Below the pieces are notes generated by a model that saw only the letters and a program-made list of their open reading frames with translations, searched no databases and was not told where the DNA came from. A stretch of DNA of 61,964 bases, the filler included. It is 13 parts of 13 records of this genome, joined end to end, with 100 filler letters (N's around TTAATTAATTAA, not from the genome) between each part and the next. Parts side by side here need not be neighbours in the genome. Positions count along the whole stretch, not along the records: positions 45,867 to 49,091 come from SRR7504441_10253; positions 49,192 to 53,872 come from SRR7504441_10257; positions 53,973 to 57,446 come from SRR7504441_10258; positions 57,547 to 61,964 come from SRR7504441_10262; 9 more parts are not named here. The stretch is one strand, 5' to 3'. The position numbers and the translations under genes are program-made. Positions 46,702-57,905 of this stretch are shown in pieces; position 1 is the stretch's first letter, and each line of letters begins with the position of its first letter.

Positions 46702-49091
46702 CTAGGCGCTCCGCATTTGTGCCAGCAGCTGGTTGATCCCTGCCACCTTGCCCCCGAGCTCACACGCATCCAACAGCCAGCGGCTCACCAGCTGCGAGTC
46801 ATGCCCGGCCTCGCAGTCCTGCGGTGTCAGCTCCACCTGTTTGCAATGAGCCCAGGCCCAGCATGTCGCTACCTCGAAATCTGGAGCCACTCCATGATTC
46901 TCCACAGGGTCCTCGTCAAAGAACTCCATCCCACACGATGGGAAGCTCACCTGACCCGCCGCTCTGGCTGTGCCCTAGGGCCAGGCTCACCTCGCCTCCG
47001 TCCACCAGTTGCCCTTCCAGGTCGTTATCAATCCCAACCACACCTGTCATCCAACCCTGCCACGGTGCCCGCGCGCTGTGGCCCACCGCCCCAGCTCCTC
47101 TTGCCAACGAGCTTGCCTAACCCGAGCTTTTTGAAGGACATGGCAATTACATCACCGTCCGAGCACGTGTCTTCATTGATCAGCATCACCATCGGGCCAG
47201 CAGGCGCAGTGGCCGGGTGCGGCTCAGGACGCGAGTAGCGCTCCTTGCAGGTGGCAATCCGCTGTCGCATCAGTTTATCGAGCACCAGCTCCGACACGCA
47301 TCCACCTTGATTGAATCTGACGTCCAGCAGCAGCGCCTGCCTGTGACACTCGGGCAGGAAGCTCCGATGGAACTCCCCGTACCCAAGTCTTTCCATGTCA
47401 GGAATGTGCACATACCCAATCAACCCGCCCGACAGCTGGTGCACCTCCGCCCGGCGAGAGCTCACCCAGTCTCTGTAGCGGGCGACTTCGTCGCTTTCCA
47501 GCACTTTGACCCGGCGCGACCAAGTCCCCGGCGGCCCCTTGCTGCTCGCCTTGGGCCCAAATGGGTTCCGCCAGTCCTTCTTAGGCGCTGACTGCGGCGG
47601 TCCGCCCCGGCCGCGGCCGCGGCGTTTCTTTTTCTTGGCGTTGGTCCCTTCCAGCCACTCGTTTTCTGACTTGTTTTGGTCTTTCTTCTTGGGCGAGCCG
47701 CTCTTTGGCCGATTGAGGAAGGTCACGAGCACCTCGCTGTCTGGCGCACACGAGAGCAGCGCCCGCTCCGGGGACACAACAGCCGACAGCTGCTGCCTGT
47801 TCAGACCAACAAGCACGTCGCCCACCCGAATCCCGAGCCCGGCTGCCGCCAGAGGGCCGCCGCGCTCAGTGTCCCATACGTCGCCCCGCACCATGTGCGC
47901 GATCGCCCAGCCGCCCCGGGCTGGGTCCCACTTGAACTCGGCCCCAAGCGAAGCTGGGCACCTGGGCTTGCCCTCTGGCCTGTCAGGCCGGTCTGGGCCG
48001 TCAACAAAGGCATGCGAGGTGGACAGCTCAGCGACCATGTCCGTGAGCACGTCCGTCAGCTCGGACCGGCAGGCAACTCTGGGCAGCAGCCTGCTGTACC
48101 GAGCTCGGCAGTCGAGCCAATGCTGGCCGGTGACGGCTTGTGCGTTGTGAAATTTGTCGCGCATCCCTCGCCAGGTCTCTCCGAGCACATGCTGCCACTC
48201 AACAGCTGGGTCCACTTCCAACGTTATCCGACTCTCAATGTCCACATATCCGCTCTGGCGGCCGAATTCCTCCTCTTCGTCCTCCTCTTCCTCGTCGTCC
48301 TCCTCGTCGTCCTCTCCTGGTTTGCACCCGGCCGCAAGCACCTGGAGCTTGCCTTCATCTGTCTCAAGGACCATCACCTTCCGGTCACTCGACAAGCTCA
48401 GACCCACCACCCCGTCCTCGATCAGCGTCTTGACCTTCCTTTTCCGCAGAGAGAACGACTCGAGCGCACCGCCTTCCTCGTCTTCGTCCTCATCAGCAGA
48501 CGCCTGCTGGGTGTAGGAGACCCACAAGACTGTTTGCTCGCTGATCGCACAGATGTCCGAGTACATCCCCAACGGCACCGGCAGCCCCACAATCCGGTCC
48601 TCGATCCCCTTTAAGTCCAGCTCGCACGGCTCGGGCTCCTCCTCGTCGTCCTCCTCCTCGTCGTCCTCCTCGTCCTCTTCAGAGTCATACCCGGGTGGGG
48701 TCAGCTCCGGCATCAGCGGGCTCGGGAGGTCGTCCCTGAGCAGGAGCGCGTAAGGCCGCTGGCCATATGGAAAGCTCATGCCAAACTGCATGTGATCGTC
48801 CTGCGGCTCGAACTCGCGCGACGAGATGAAGTAGAGATAACGGCCTAAGGGGTCCCAGCTGGGGGAGCAGTCCTCGAGCACCGGCCGGGTCAGTTGGTGC
48901 ACCGCCCAGCTGCGGGTATCGCACGCCTTGATCACAGAGGTGCTCGGCGAAACCATGCAGCCATAGGCCAGCCAGGTGCCGCAAGCCGACCAGCTCAGCC
49001 CGGAGATCCCTCCGCATGAGTCTGCAGTCTGGCACGCCCCGAACTCGCACTGGTCCACTGTGTGCAGCTCCTCTTTGTGTAGGTCGTACAC
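46702..49091 (-). CDS. Tricorn protease homologue (propeller, C1, PDZ, peptidase S41), 5' truncated
   Basis: PSWDPLGRYLYFISSR, MVAELSTSHAFV (His), IGYVHIPDM, LDVRFNQGG, LINEDTCSDGD (Ser), LVGKRSWGGVVGI, VENHGVAPD; introns in the 3' part. Confidence 0.92.
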
Positions 49092-49191
49092 NNNNNNNNN
49101 NNNNNNNNNNNNNNNNNNNNNNNNNNNNNNNNNNNTTAATTAATTAANNNNNNNNNNNNNNNNNNNNNNNNNNNNNNNNNNNNNNNNNNNN

Positions 49192-51312
49192 TTCGGGTCC
49201 GGAGGCGTGACATCACCGACAGGTGTTGTACCGTCTCCCGGAACTGGCAGACCGACCTCTTTTGCATAGATCCGATAAAGCGTTGCATCTTCAGCGGATG
49301 GCTGCATTGGACGAAGTCCTTTCAACACATATTTTACGCTATTCTGTAGCTGTGAGATCTGATCCTCTGCTTGCTTCAATGAAAGCTTTCCTGCAGCTGT
49401 TTCTTGCAATGCTTTGTTAAGCTCATTCTGTCTCTCCTTGACCTTCGCTTGTTGGACTTCAACCTTACTTTTGAGATCCGCAACCTTCTCCTCCGCCTCT
49501 GGCAGTTGGTCAGTTTGAATGGAGGAAACCTCAGCCTCCGCAGATTGGTCACCTTCTTTTTGCTCTACTAGCTTTTTCAGTTTGTCAACCTCTCCTTGTG
49601 CATCGAAAAGTTTCTGCTTGAGCGTTTTTTCTTTATCCTGGTCGCCTTCTAGCTTAAATTCCTTTTTGGCAGCGGCTGCTTTCTCTTCTCCGAGACGGTT
49701 TTCATCTCCGGTCACAGTGGCTGCTGCACCACTCTCTGCAGCTTGTTCGTTCTTCTGAAGGGTTTGTTTCTCCTGTTCGAATCGTTCCATCCTTGCCTTC
49801 CTGATCTTGAGTTTCACCAATTTTTCTTTGGTGTTGTGCTCCTTGCCAGCTGTGATGGCTGATTTCAGGTCACGCTCACTCTGAGCAACGAGCTGGCTCT
49901 TGTCAACCATTTCATTGAGAAGCATGTCGAGGTTGCCTTTCATTTTCCGCTCATTCTTCTGTGCCCTCATCTGCTCGGCCTTCCGCGTCATTTGAGCCGC
50001 CAGCTCCTCATTGGCTTTCATCTGTTCTTTTGCTCCCTTCTCTTTCATACCTTTCTCCTTCTGCTGGACTCGTTTAGCTTGCATGCGGCGCTCCTTCTCC
50101 AAGTCCTTTTTGGTTGTTTCTTTCAAAGTCTGTTCCTGTGATGGCATCTTCTTCACTGGAGGAGCATTCTGTTGCTTTGCTTTCTGTTTTACCTGGGCAT
50201 CTGCTACTGCTTCTTCCTCGGCTTCTTGCTTCACCTTTGCTTGCTCTTTTTCTATCTGCTGGTTCTCCGCCTCTTTTTGTCCCTCTTTCTTCGCAGCCTC
50301 TTCCTTCTCCGCCTTCTCATCATCAGTTTTTGCAGCTGCCTTTTGGCCCTTTGCCTCACCATCTGATTCCTTCTCTGCAGCGCTTTGGTGAGACACAGCT
50401 GTATTTTCAACGCTGCGCTTTACAAAGTAGTTGTACCCTGGAGCATAAGCTACTGGATCTCCTTTCAGCAGGCATAGCTGTTGGCTTCTCGAATAGCTGA
50501 AGGCGCTGCAGCCATCGCCACGGTTGTAGTTCTTCTGATCAGGATTATGTTCATAGAGCCTTTCTTTGCTCGGTCGCTGCACTGGCGGACCTGTGGCAGA
50601 AAAGTGAGTGTAAACCCATTAAAGAGAGGCATCTTACCAGCGTCGCACATCTCCATGCAAGAATTCAGCGAAACACCCCATCTCTCCTGGAACTTTCCCC
50701 TTCGGGGGAAAATCATCCCTGCAAAGTGCACCTGTCAGTACGCGGCATGCCTCACAGCTGTCACCGGTAAACACGGCATAGTTGCCAAGCACGCTGCCCC
50801 ATGAAGCAGCTGCGAGCATCACCCATCAGGCACCCGACATCTGGCAGGGCAGAACCTCCTTCTTCGCGGGCCTTCTTCGAGATCCTGGAGTAGTAGTTGA
50901 AGGCTGGGTTGTACGAAATCGCCGACCGCGAGATGAAGCAGTCCTTCAGCTCTTGGTTCCAGCTGAACGAAGCGCACTTGATATCTGCCAGGGCTGGCTC
51001 AGGACAAGGCGCAGCAAGGCTTGGCACCCCCATCGCACTGCGCTTGGCAGTCGGCCTGAGTTTTGTGATACAATCGTTCCGAGTTGGCCACTTGCACGTA
51101 GCCTTGCAGCTCCTGGTAGCCCTCATCTGCCGTGCCCCGGCGTCAGCCGGCCAGCAGCAGCCGGCCACGATGCCTGTGGGGAGGCTTGGGGCTTGGGAAT
51201 TGGCGGAGTCGAGGCTAATCGCATCTCCACGGCTTTCCATAGCGGGCACATGCCCGATGAGCAACGCCGCGAATGCCACCAGCAGCCAGACCGTACCGCT
51301 GGGCACCGCCAT
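49192..51312 (-). CDS. Secreted or surface protein with PAN/apple-like domains and a long K/E coiled coil (3' truncated)
   Basis: Signal MAVPSGTVWLLVAFAALLIG; CASFSWNQELKDCFIS and CSAFSYSRSQQLCLLK. Confidence 0.7.
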
Positions 51313-51706
51313 CGCCCACTGCCCTCTTGGATCTGCAAGATCTCGTCTTTTCACACTTTGCAGGGGGGGGGGGGTCAACTAAAAAGTGCGCGGCTGCGGT
51401 GTGCAGCAGAACCAATCGTGCGCGATGCACCTCGGAGAACCGGCCTCGAGATCCGCCGGGAGGCAGCTTGGCGAGTATGTCTACCAGAACGCGCGCAACA
51501 TGTACATGAGGTGATCCCAGGTAATTCGGTACATCGACCCCTCCGGCTCGTGCTGTCGATGGACCTGTCAGCGCTTCATGATCAGGCTGGCCTGACAAGC
51601 TGTCGTTGGTTGCCCAATGGGCGCTGTCGTGGGCCTCACCTCATGAGGTGCAGGTGGCAGAGCACGCAGCGCAGGCGCGTCAGGGCATGTTAGACCGGTA
51701 GGCACA

Positions 51707-53809
51707 ATGGGCTGCAAAGGTTCAAAGGACAGCGACCTCAAGGCCAAGCGCGACGCCCACGTCCGGGCGGCGCTCGGGGCGGACGAGAAACCGCAGGCCG
51801 TGAAGGACAGGCAGCAGAAGAAGCGTGAGGAGAAGGAGAGGCTCAGGGAGGAGCGGGAGCAGCGGGAGCTGGACGATGAGGCCGAGCTGCCCAGCATGGG
51901 CGAGGACCCCAAGCCCAAGGAGAAGAAGCGTCCGAATAGCGACTGGACGCAGGGCGGCGGTGGGCGCAAGACCGAGCCAGAGAGCTCTGAGGACGAGGAG
52001 GTCCCGGTTGTGCGGCGGGGCGGCAGCAAGCAGCCGGAGCTGAGCCCCAAGAGCCGCGGTGACAGCTCGTCTGAGGCAGTGCGCGGGGGGCTGCTGCAGC
52101 AGCTGGCGGGCGAGAAGGAGAAGGCCAAGGCGGCCGAGAGCGAGCTCGATTACCTGCGGGGCGAGCTGCTGGCGATGCGGGAGCTGCGGGACCAGGAGCA
52201 GCAGGATGCCAAGAAGGGCAAGCGGCACGAGAAGACCGAGGTGGAGGCGTATCAGGAGATGGCGGACCAGGCCAACAGGCGGCACGACAAGCTCGAGGCT
52301 GAAATCACCCAGATTAAACGGACGCTCGGTGAACTCTTCTCGCCGGCCATCCTCGAGGAGCTCTTCCCCAAGGACCCGCAGGCGGCGGCGGCGCGCCGGC
52401 GGAAGAAGCAGGAGGAGGCTGCTAAGACTGCGAAGGCCGAGGGGAGCGGACTGATGGGGGGGCTGTTCGGGTCGGGGGGACGGAAGCCTAAGATGGCCCA
52501 GGGGATGGACGAGCTGCTGTCGGCGCTGCAGGACCAGACCAAGGAGCTCAAGGACGTCAAGCGCGAACGGGACAAGTGGCAGCGCACTGTGGCTCAATGG
52601 GAAAAGGAGGCTCAGCAGCAGCGCGAGGCCGGAGCCCAGGGGCACGGCTCGGTGCTCAGCATGTTCGGGAGCGTGGCGACTGCCCCGGGCGAGTGGGAGG
52701 ACAAGTTCCATGGCAAATCGCGCGAGTGTGAGGACCTAGCTCGGCAGCTGCAGTCAGCGCAGGATGCGGTCCGCTCACTCAGGGCAAACGCGGAGGCCAG
52801 TTCACCAGTATCTCAAGGGCTGGTGCCCGGGGTAGAGCCGGGCGAGATGGTGGCCTGCCCGGATCCTGAGGCCCCGGTCACTCCGGGCGGCCAGAATGGG
52901 TGGTTCAAGGGGCTGTTCAGTGCTGGATCAACGCCGCAGCCGCCCGATGAGCCGGCGCTTGCCATCGCGCCATCATCGGGGGCGGACCGGGCGCGCGGGG
53001 CACATCTGGAGGCGCAGGTCAAGGAGCTGAGCGAGAAGGTGGTCCAGTCCGAGGAAGAGACCAAGCTGAGGCTGCAGGAGCTGGTGCAGGGCACTGCGAG
53101 CGTGCTGGCGGCGAGGCAGGAGACTTGCGACATGCTCCAAGAACAGCGGGCCGGGGCTCTCGCCCAGCTGTCCCAGCTGCGGATGGAGCACGAGCAGCTG
53201 CGCGCCGAGCAGAGCGCGTTGGGGACTAGTGAGCTTTCGGAGCCGGAGCAGGCAGAGAAGCACAGAGTGATGGTGGACTCGCTGACCGAGCAGGTGAATG
53301 AGGTGGTGGCGGCCAATCAGGATCTGCTGGCCCAGACTGCGGAGGTAGCCACGCGGTCTGGCCGGTGGTTGATTGGGTTGTAGGTGATGGACGAGAATTC
53401 GACACTGCGCATGCACCTGGAGGAGAACTCGAGGGAGAGAGACTCGCTGCAGGATGGGCTGAGAGATGCGGAGGAGTCGTTCGATTGCCTGCGGGAGGAG
53501 CAGGCCGGGCTGATCAAACAGGTGAACGAGCTGCTGCAGAACCAGCAGGACAAGTCTAAGGAGCAGAGCGCTGCAGAAGGGGCCGACCCCGACCTTGTAC
53601 ATACAGTCGACTCACTCAACAGTTGCGTGGCAGTGCTCCAGTCGAGCAAGGCGCTCTCTGATATGGAGGCGCGCAGCGCGGGGATGTGGCGGAGTAGGTG
53701 CATCGAGTTGGAGGGCCAACGCGATGCGGCGCTTGAGGTGGCGGTATGCTTGACGCGAGCTTGTAGCGCCGAAGAAGCCACATCGATAGTAGAGAGTTAT
53801 TTATCTTAA
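51707..53809 (+). CDS. Coiled-coil protein with N-terminal myristoylation/palmitoylation-type motif
   Basis: MGCKGSK start; 558-aa and 141-aa ORFs joined by a ~39-nt GT-AG intron ending at 53383. Confidence 0.75.
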
Positions 53810-54136
53810 TATAATGTACTGTACGCTTGATCGATTGCACCTAACAATTAGTACATTGACCAGCATCCGGTANNNNNNNNNNNNNNNNNNNNNNNNNNNN
53901 NNNNNNNNNNNNNNNNTTAATTAATTAANNNNNNNNNNNNNNNNNNNNNNNNNNNNNNNNNNNNNNNNNNNNTGATTTCGGCGGGAATGATTTCGGCGGG
54001 AACGACTTTTAACGCGGGACGTTAATTAAGGAGGCTCGGGCACCCCGTAGCTAGGTTGCGTACATGGTATGCGCGTGACGTACATGTTGATTATATTGGG
54101 ATTTGTACTTTATTGTAACGAGACGTGACGTAATAT

Positions 54137-56872
54137 CTAGAGTTGAGCGTCCATATCCGTAGTTGTATCCTTGTCTTGACCTAGTTGTGAGCTAATAAGT
54201 GCGATAGATGTGGTTGCAGTTGGAGCCTCATCATGTTCGACTGTGTGGTCATCGTCTGGATGCCCACGAGTGTCCAACTCATTCCCGTCATCCTCGGCCT
54301 GCATGTGTTCGAATGCCACTGACTGTTGAAATATCCGGGTCTTAGCTGCCAGCTGCTGCAGCACCACACCCAGCTTGTCCAAGTGCGCAAACAGTCGCTG
54401 CAGAAGCAACAACGCGGTAGAGGTGGCCAAGAACAGCTTGTGGTCCGCTACCTGCGAGGTCTGGACCCAGTTCTTGCCCCAATACTCTGTCCAAAGCTCA
54501 TAGATCTTCGATTGCGCCGCCCGGCACTCCCTGAACGGCCCCAAGAGCTCAAATACGTTATCGGGGCGGTCTTCACATGGCAACCGCTTGTGCACCACAC
54601 CAGGTATGAGATCATTCTGCAGCAAGTGCTCAAATGTGATCGCACAAGTTGAGACTTTCTTGGCACAATCTTTCAATACCGAGTGAACAAACACCCGAAT
54701 GTTATGCTCGTCAAACGGGTGAGCCTGTGTCTCTTTGCCAGCTGGGCATTCTAAAATCTCGACGACTGACTCCACCGTTAGAGATAGGATTGTAGCCAAG
54801 GTGGCATAAGTGGCAGCTAGCGACGAGTATTCCTGTTGAGGGAAGTCAACGCGGAATCCGAAGTTTGGTTCGTCAGCTGCGCCAGGCAGGAGTGCGTTGA
54901 TCTTTTGTGACACGCCAGCACTGGTTTTGGCCTCTTTACTCATTTTCGCGATTAGAGCCTTGTCTGCCCCTGGCTCGACAGCTTGTTCTATTGAAGCGAT
55001 AGCGCAACTCATGCATGGGAGGAAGCGGCAAACCTGCACATTATCCAGTCAAACGCTAGGCCTTGCTAAACTGGCTGGCACCTCGCTTTCGAACTGTGAG
55101 CGAGGGCTGTCGGGCAGAATGGCCAACTCTATGAAGGTAAATATCAAGACTCCATACATGATCATCGCTATCCTGTTGATCACATATGAAGTGGTTGCGC
55201 CATAGGCAGTCCCTTCATACAGCAGCAAGATCGCAGTGGTCGCAGAGCATTGGGCGACGTATACATTCCGCGTGGTGTACTGCCGTAGAAGAAAGCATGC
55301 GAATGTCCACAGCACGAGCACAAATATAACGTACCACTTGTTCACGTCGGGCAGTTGGCCGACTTCCAAGGTGTCAGATTTAGTGATGTTAGAGAGCAGC
55401 ACCCCGAGCGTGCAAGCCAGCAGGGTGGCAGCCAGTCTGTTCTTGGCCTTGTGAAAGCTGGTGCTGGTGTTGGTCAAATTGATCACGCTGACCGTGATAC
55501 CGACCCAATTCCCATGGCCCGAGGTCCGGTTCCATAGCGCGTCTACTGAGATCCAGAGAGAGGCAACCGCTACCATAAGGCTGAACTTTGCTGCGCGCTT
55601 GACTGAGCTCGGATTGAACATATCCAGCTGAACCCCAATCATACTGGCCACTCGCACCATCATGCCGGTCTGTGGGGCTGCAGGCGGCTCAGGATCGGAA
55701 AGTTTGCTCACTTGGTTGGCTGTCGTTCGGGCGAGTTTGAGCAACGCGGCCATAAAGGCAGAGCGCCGCATCATCTCTGCTCCGTGCGGGGCCTCTGACA
55801 TCCTCGCGATCGTGTTCAGGGCCGCCTGAAACGCCGACGCGAGCCGTGCAGTACACTCGGATAGCTGCGCAGCAGCATCATCTGGGAGCGGACTCGACGG
55901 ATTTGTAACATCCGAGATGAGAGCTGTGAGCTCGAGCACGGTATCTGAGGTCATTTCGCTGATCTCCCGATGCCCACCCAGCGCGGGGCCGTTGGCCACG
56001 ACTAGTTTCATCAACCGTAGCGCTTGCTGCTGACTCTGGAGCAGCTTGACCCACGACTGCAGCTCTAGCAACATCCCCGAGCAGAAGCACAGCTTGAGCT
56101 CCATCCCAGCCGTGGGCAGCAGCGCCGCAAGCCCGCTGAGCGTTTCCGTCAGCTGCGCTTGGATCATCTCCACCGGCAGCGTATCCAGATCCTGCGGGCT
56201 CGCCAAGCTGCTGTGGGCCAGTGCACGCACCAGCGAGCTGGTGAGAGAGCGCGCTTTGGCAAGCAGAGGCCAGCAGCGCAGAGCAGCGCTAGACGGCATC
56301 GGGCACGGCGTGTCAGTCCGGCGGCCGCCGTAGGGCAGTGGCAGCAGCTGGCAGAGCATCCCGAGCACAACCGCGATGCTGGCCGCGGCCCAGACCTTCA
56401 TCGGGGCCCAGTCGTCCCGCTCATCCTGCGGCTGGCGGATCGGGCCAGTCCAATCGATGTAGAATATCATGCTCGACACCCCAGAGCCGCCCCCGAACAC
56501 CAGCTTGAACACGAACGCGAAGAAGCCGGCGATGAAAGGGTTGGCCACTTTGTACGTGTTGTCCGAGGCCCGGCTGAATCCGTAGCAGAGCAGTGAGGAA
56601 AACAGCGTGGCCGCCCCCAGCCCCGCAGTTAACCTGATCGCCATCCCAATTGCGATCCCAATGTGGGTGCAGGTGCCGGCCACCACCACCGCGATGGCGA
56701 TCCCGATGAATCCAGCCTCGAAGAAATCGTACGCCTCGCCGTACAGCCGGAAGAGGCTGATTGCGACCAGGCAGGCCACAGCCGGCCGAAAGGCCGCCAC
56801 GCACGAGCTCAGGAAGCTCAGTGGCGGCGGGCACGACTGGCCCGGATAGAGCACCGAGCACACCTTCGACAT
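54137..56872 (-). CDS. Aromatic acid exporter / FUSC / ALMT-superfamily membrane protein
   Basis: Two TM blocks each followed by a helical soluble region; AAKFSL, WVGITVSVI, KAKNRLAAT, RIAMIMYGV...ILP; one 48-nt intron. Confidence 0.75.
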
Positions 56873-56980
56873 CGCGTCCACCGACCCTGTGTGCTGGAGT
56901 GTCACTGCGAGCTCGGCGCAGCCGTTTGTCCGTTGTGATTTGAACCTGGCCACGCCTCCCGCCGCGACCTGCACTTGAAC

Positions 56981-57446
56981 ATGGCGCTCACGATGGCTCA
57001 TCACACCTACTTCCCTGTGGTCCGGGGCGCGTTTGAGCTCTGGGCTGAGCAGGAACTGACCCAGCGGAACAGCAACCCAGGCGCCCCGCGGTGCAAGCTC
57101 AAGACCTTCATGGCCGGGGCCCACGCCGAGTGGCAGGCCGTCGGGCAGGCGGCTCAGGCCAGGCACGAACAGCGGTACCTCGAGCTCTGCAAAGTGCAAG
57201 GCGTAGTAGCCACCCCCGCAGCAGTCAAGAAGAAGCGCGGCCGCCCATCGGCCGCCGCGGCCTCATCGATCTCCAAGAAGCACCGGAAAGAAGTGGTGCC
57301 GCCGGCCCCAGCAGAGCCCCAGTCTGTCCAGCTGCTGCTCGCCTCGGCACGACCCAGCGCCGGGCCGCCCGCTCAAAACAAGCCACTTGCGCCGGAAACC
57401 CCGCATGCCCCTGAAAAGGTGGAGGCTGCGGCCGAGCCGGCAGCTG
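56981..57446 (+). CDS. HMG-box-like + AT-hook protein, 5' end
   Basis: AFELWAEQE...AHAEWQAV...RYLE and KKKRGRP. Confidence 0.6.
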
Positions 57447-57905
57447 NNNNNNNNNNNNNNNNNNNNNNNNNNNNNNNNNNNNNNNNNNNNTTAATTAATT
57501 AANNNNNNNNNNNNNNNNNNNNNNNNNNNNNNNNNNNNNNNNNNNNCATGCCCGCCGTGCTGGCCATGGCGGCGCTCGAGGAACACCGGCGGCTGCGGCC
57601 AGAGGCACATCGTGAGCAACGGCTCAGTTAGTCAGTTGATGGCACACCTTCCATACTGATCAGGAGTCCCACGGCAACGGCGCCATAGTGCCCGCCCCCC
57701 TCGGTCAGCCTAGGCTACCTACACTCACCGGTGGGGAGCACGCCAGCGACTCAACCAGTCTTATTGCGACCCTTCGGTCTCCACTCTGCCGCTGGCTGGT
57801 ACCGGTACTTGGAAATAGTGTGTCCGGAACGAGGGGTACACCACCAGTAATCGAGCCGTCTCCACCTGCCTGCCTGGATCGCCCGTAGGAGGCCTCGTCA
57901 AGGCA

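Larger units (their letters stand above)
45867..49091. repeat. Contig with identical 30-bp inverted termini
   Basis: gtgtacgacctacacaaagaggagctgcac at 45867-45896 is the exact reverse complement of 49062-49091. Confidence 0.95.

Noticed and set aside
33030-49091. A metal/heme or HGT gene cluster (HO-b5, ALDH, CobW-DUF1826, tricorn)
   Set aside because: They lie on three different contigs and are interleaved with housekeeping genes; proximity comes from concatenation.
45867-49091. DNA transposon defined by terminal inverted repeats
   Set aside because: The repeat is tricorn coding sequence, there is no transposase, and flanks are not visible.
53973-54002. tgatttcggcgggaa duplicated, E2F-like site
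   Set aside because: Two copies at a contig edge, downstream of a gene; cannot be tied to a promoter.
7072-57546. Regularly recurring TTAATTAATTAA within N runs as a repeat array
   Set aside because: Fixed 44N+12+44N artificial linker; ORFs ending in X...LIN are artefacts.
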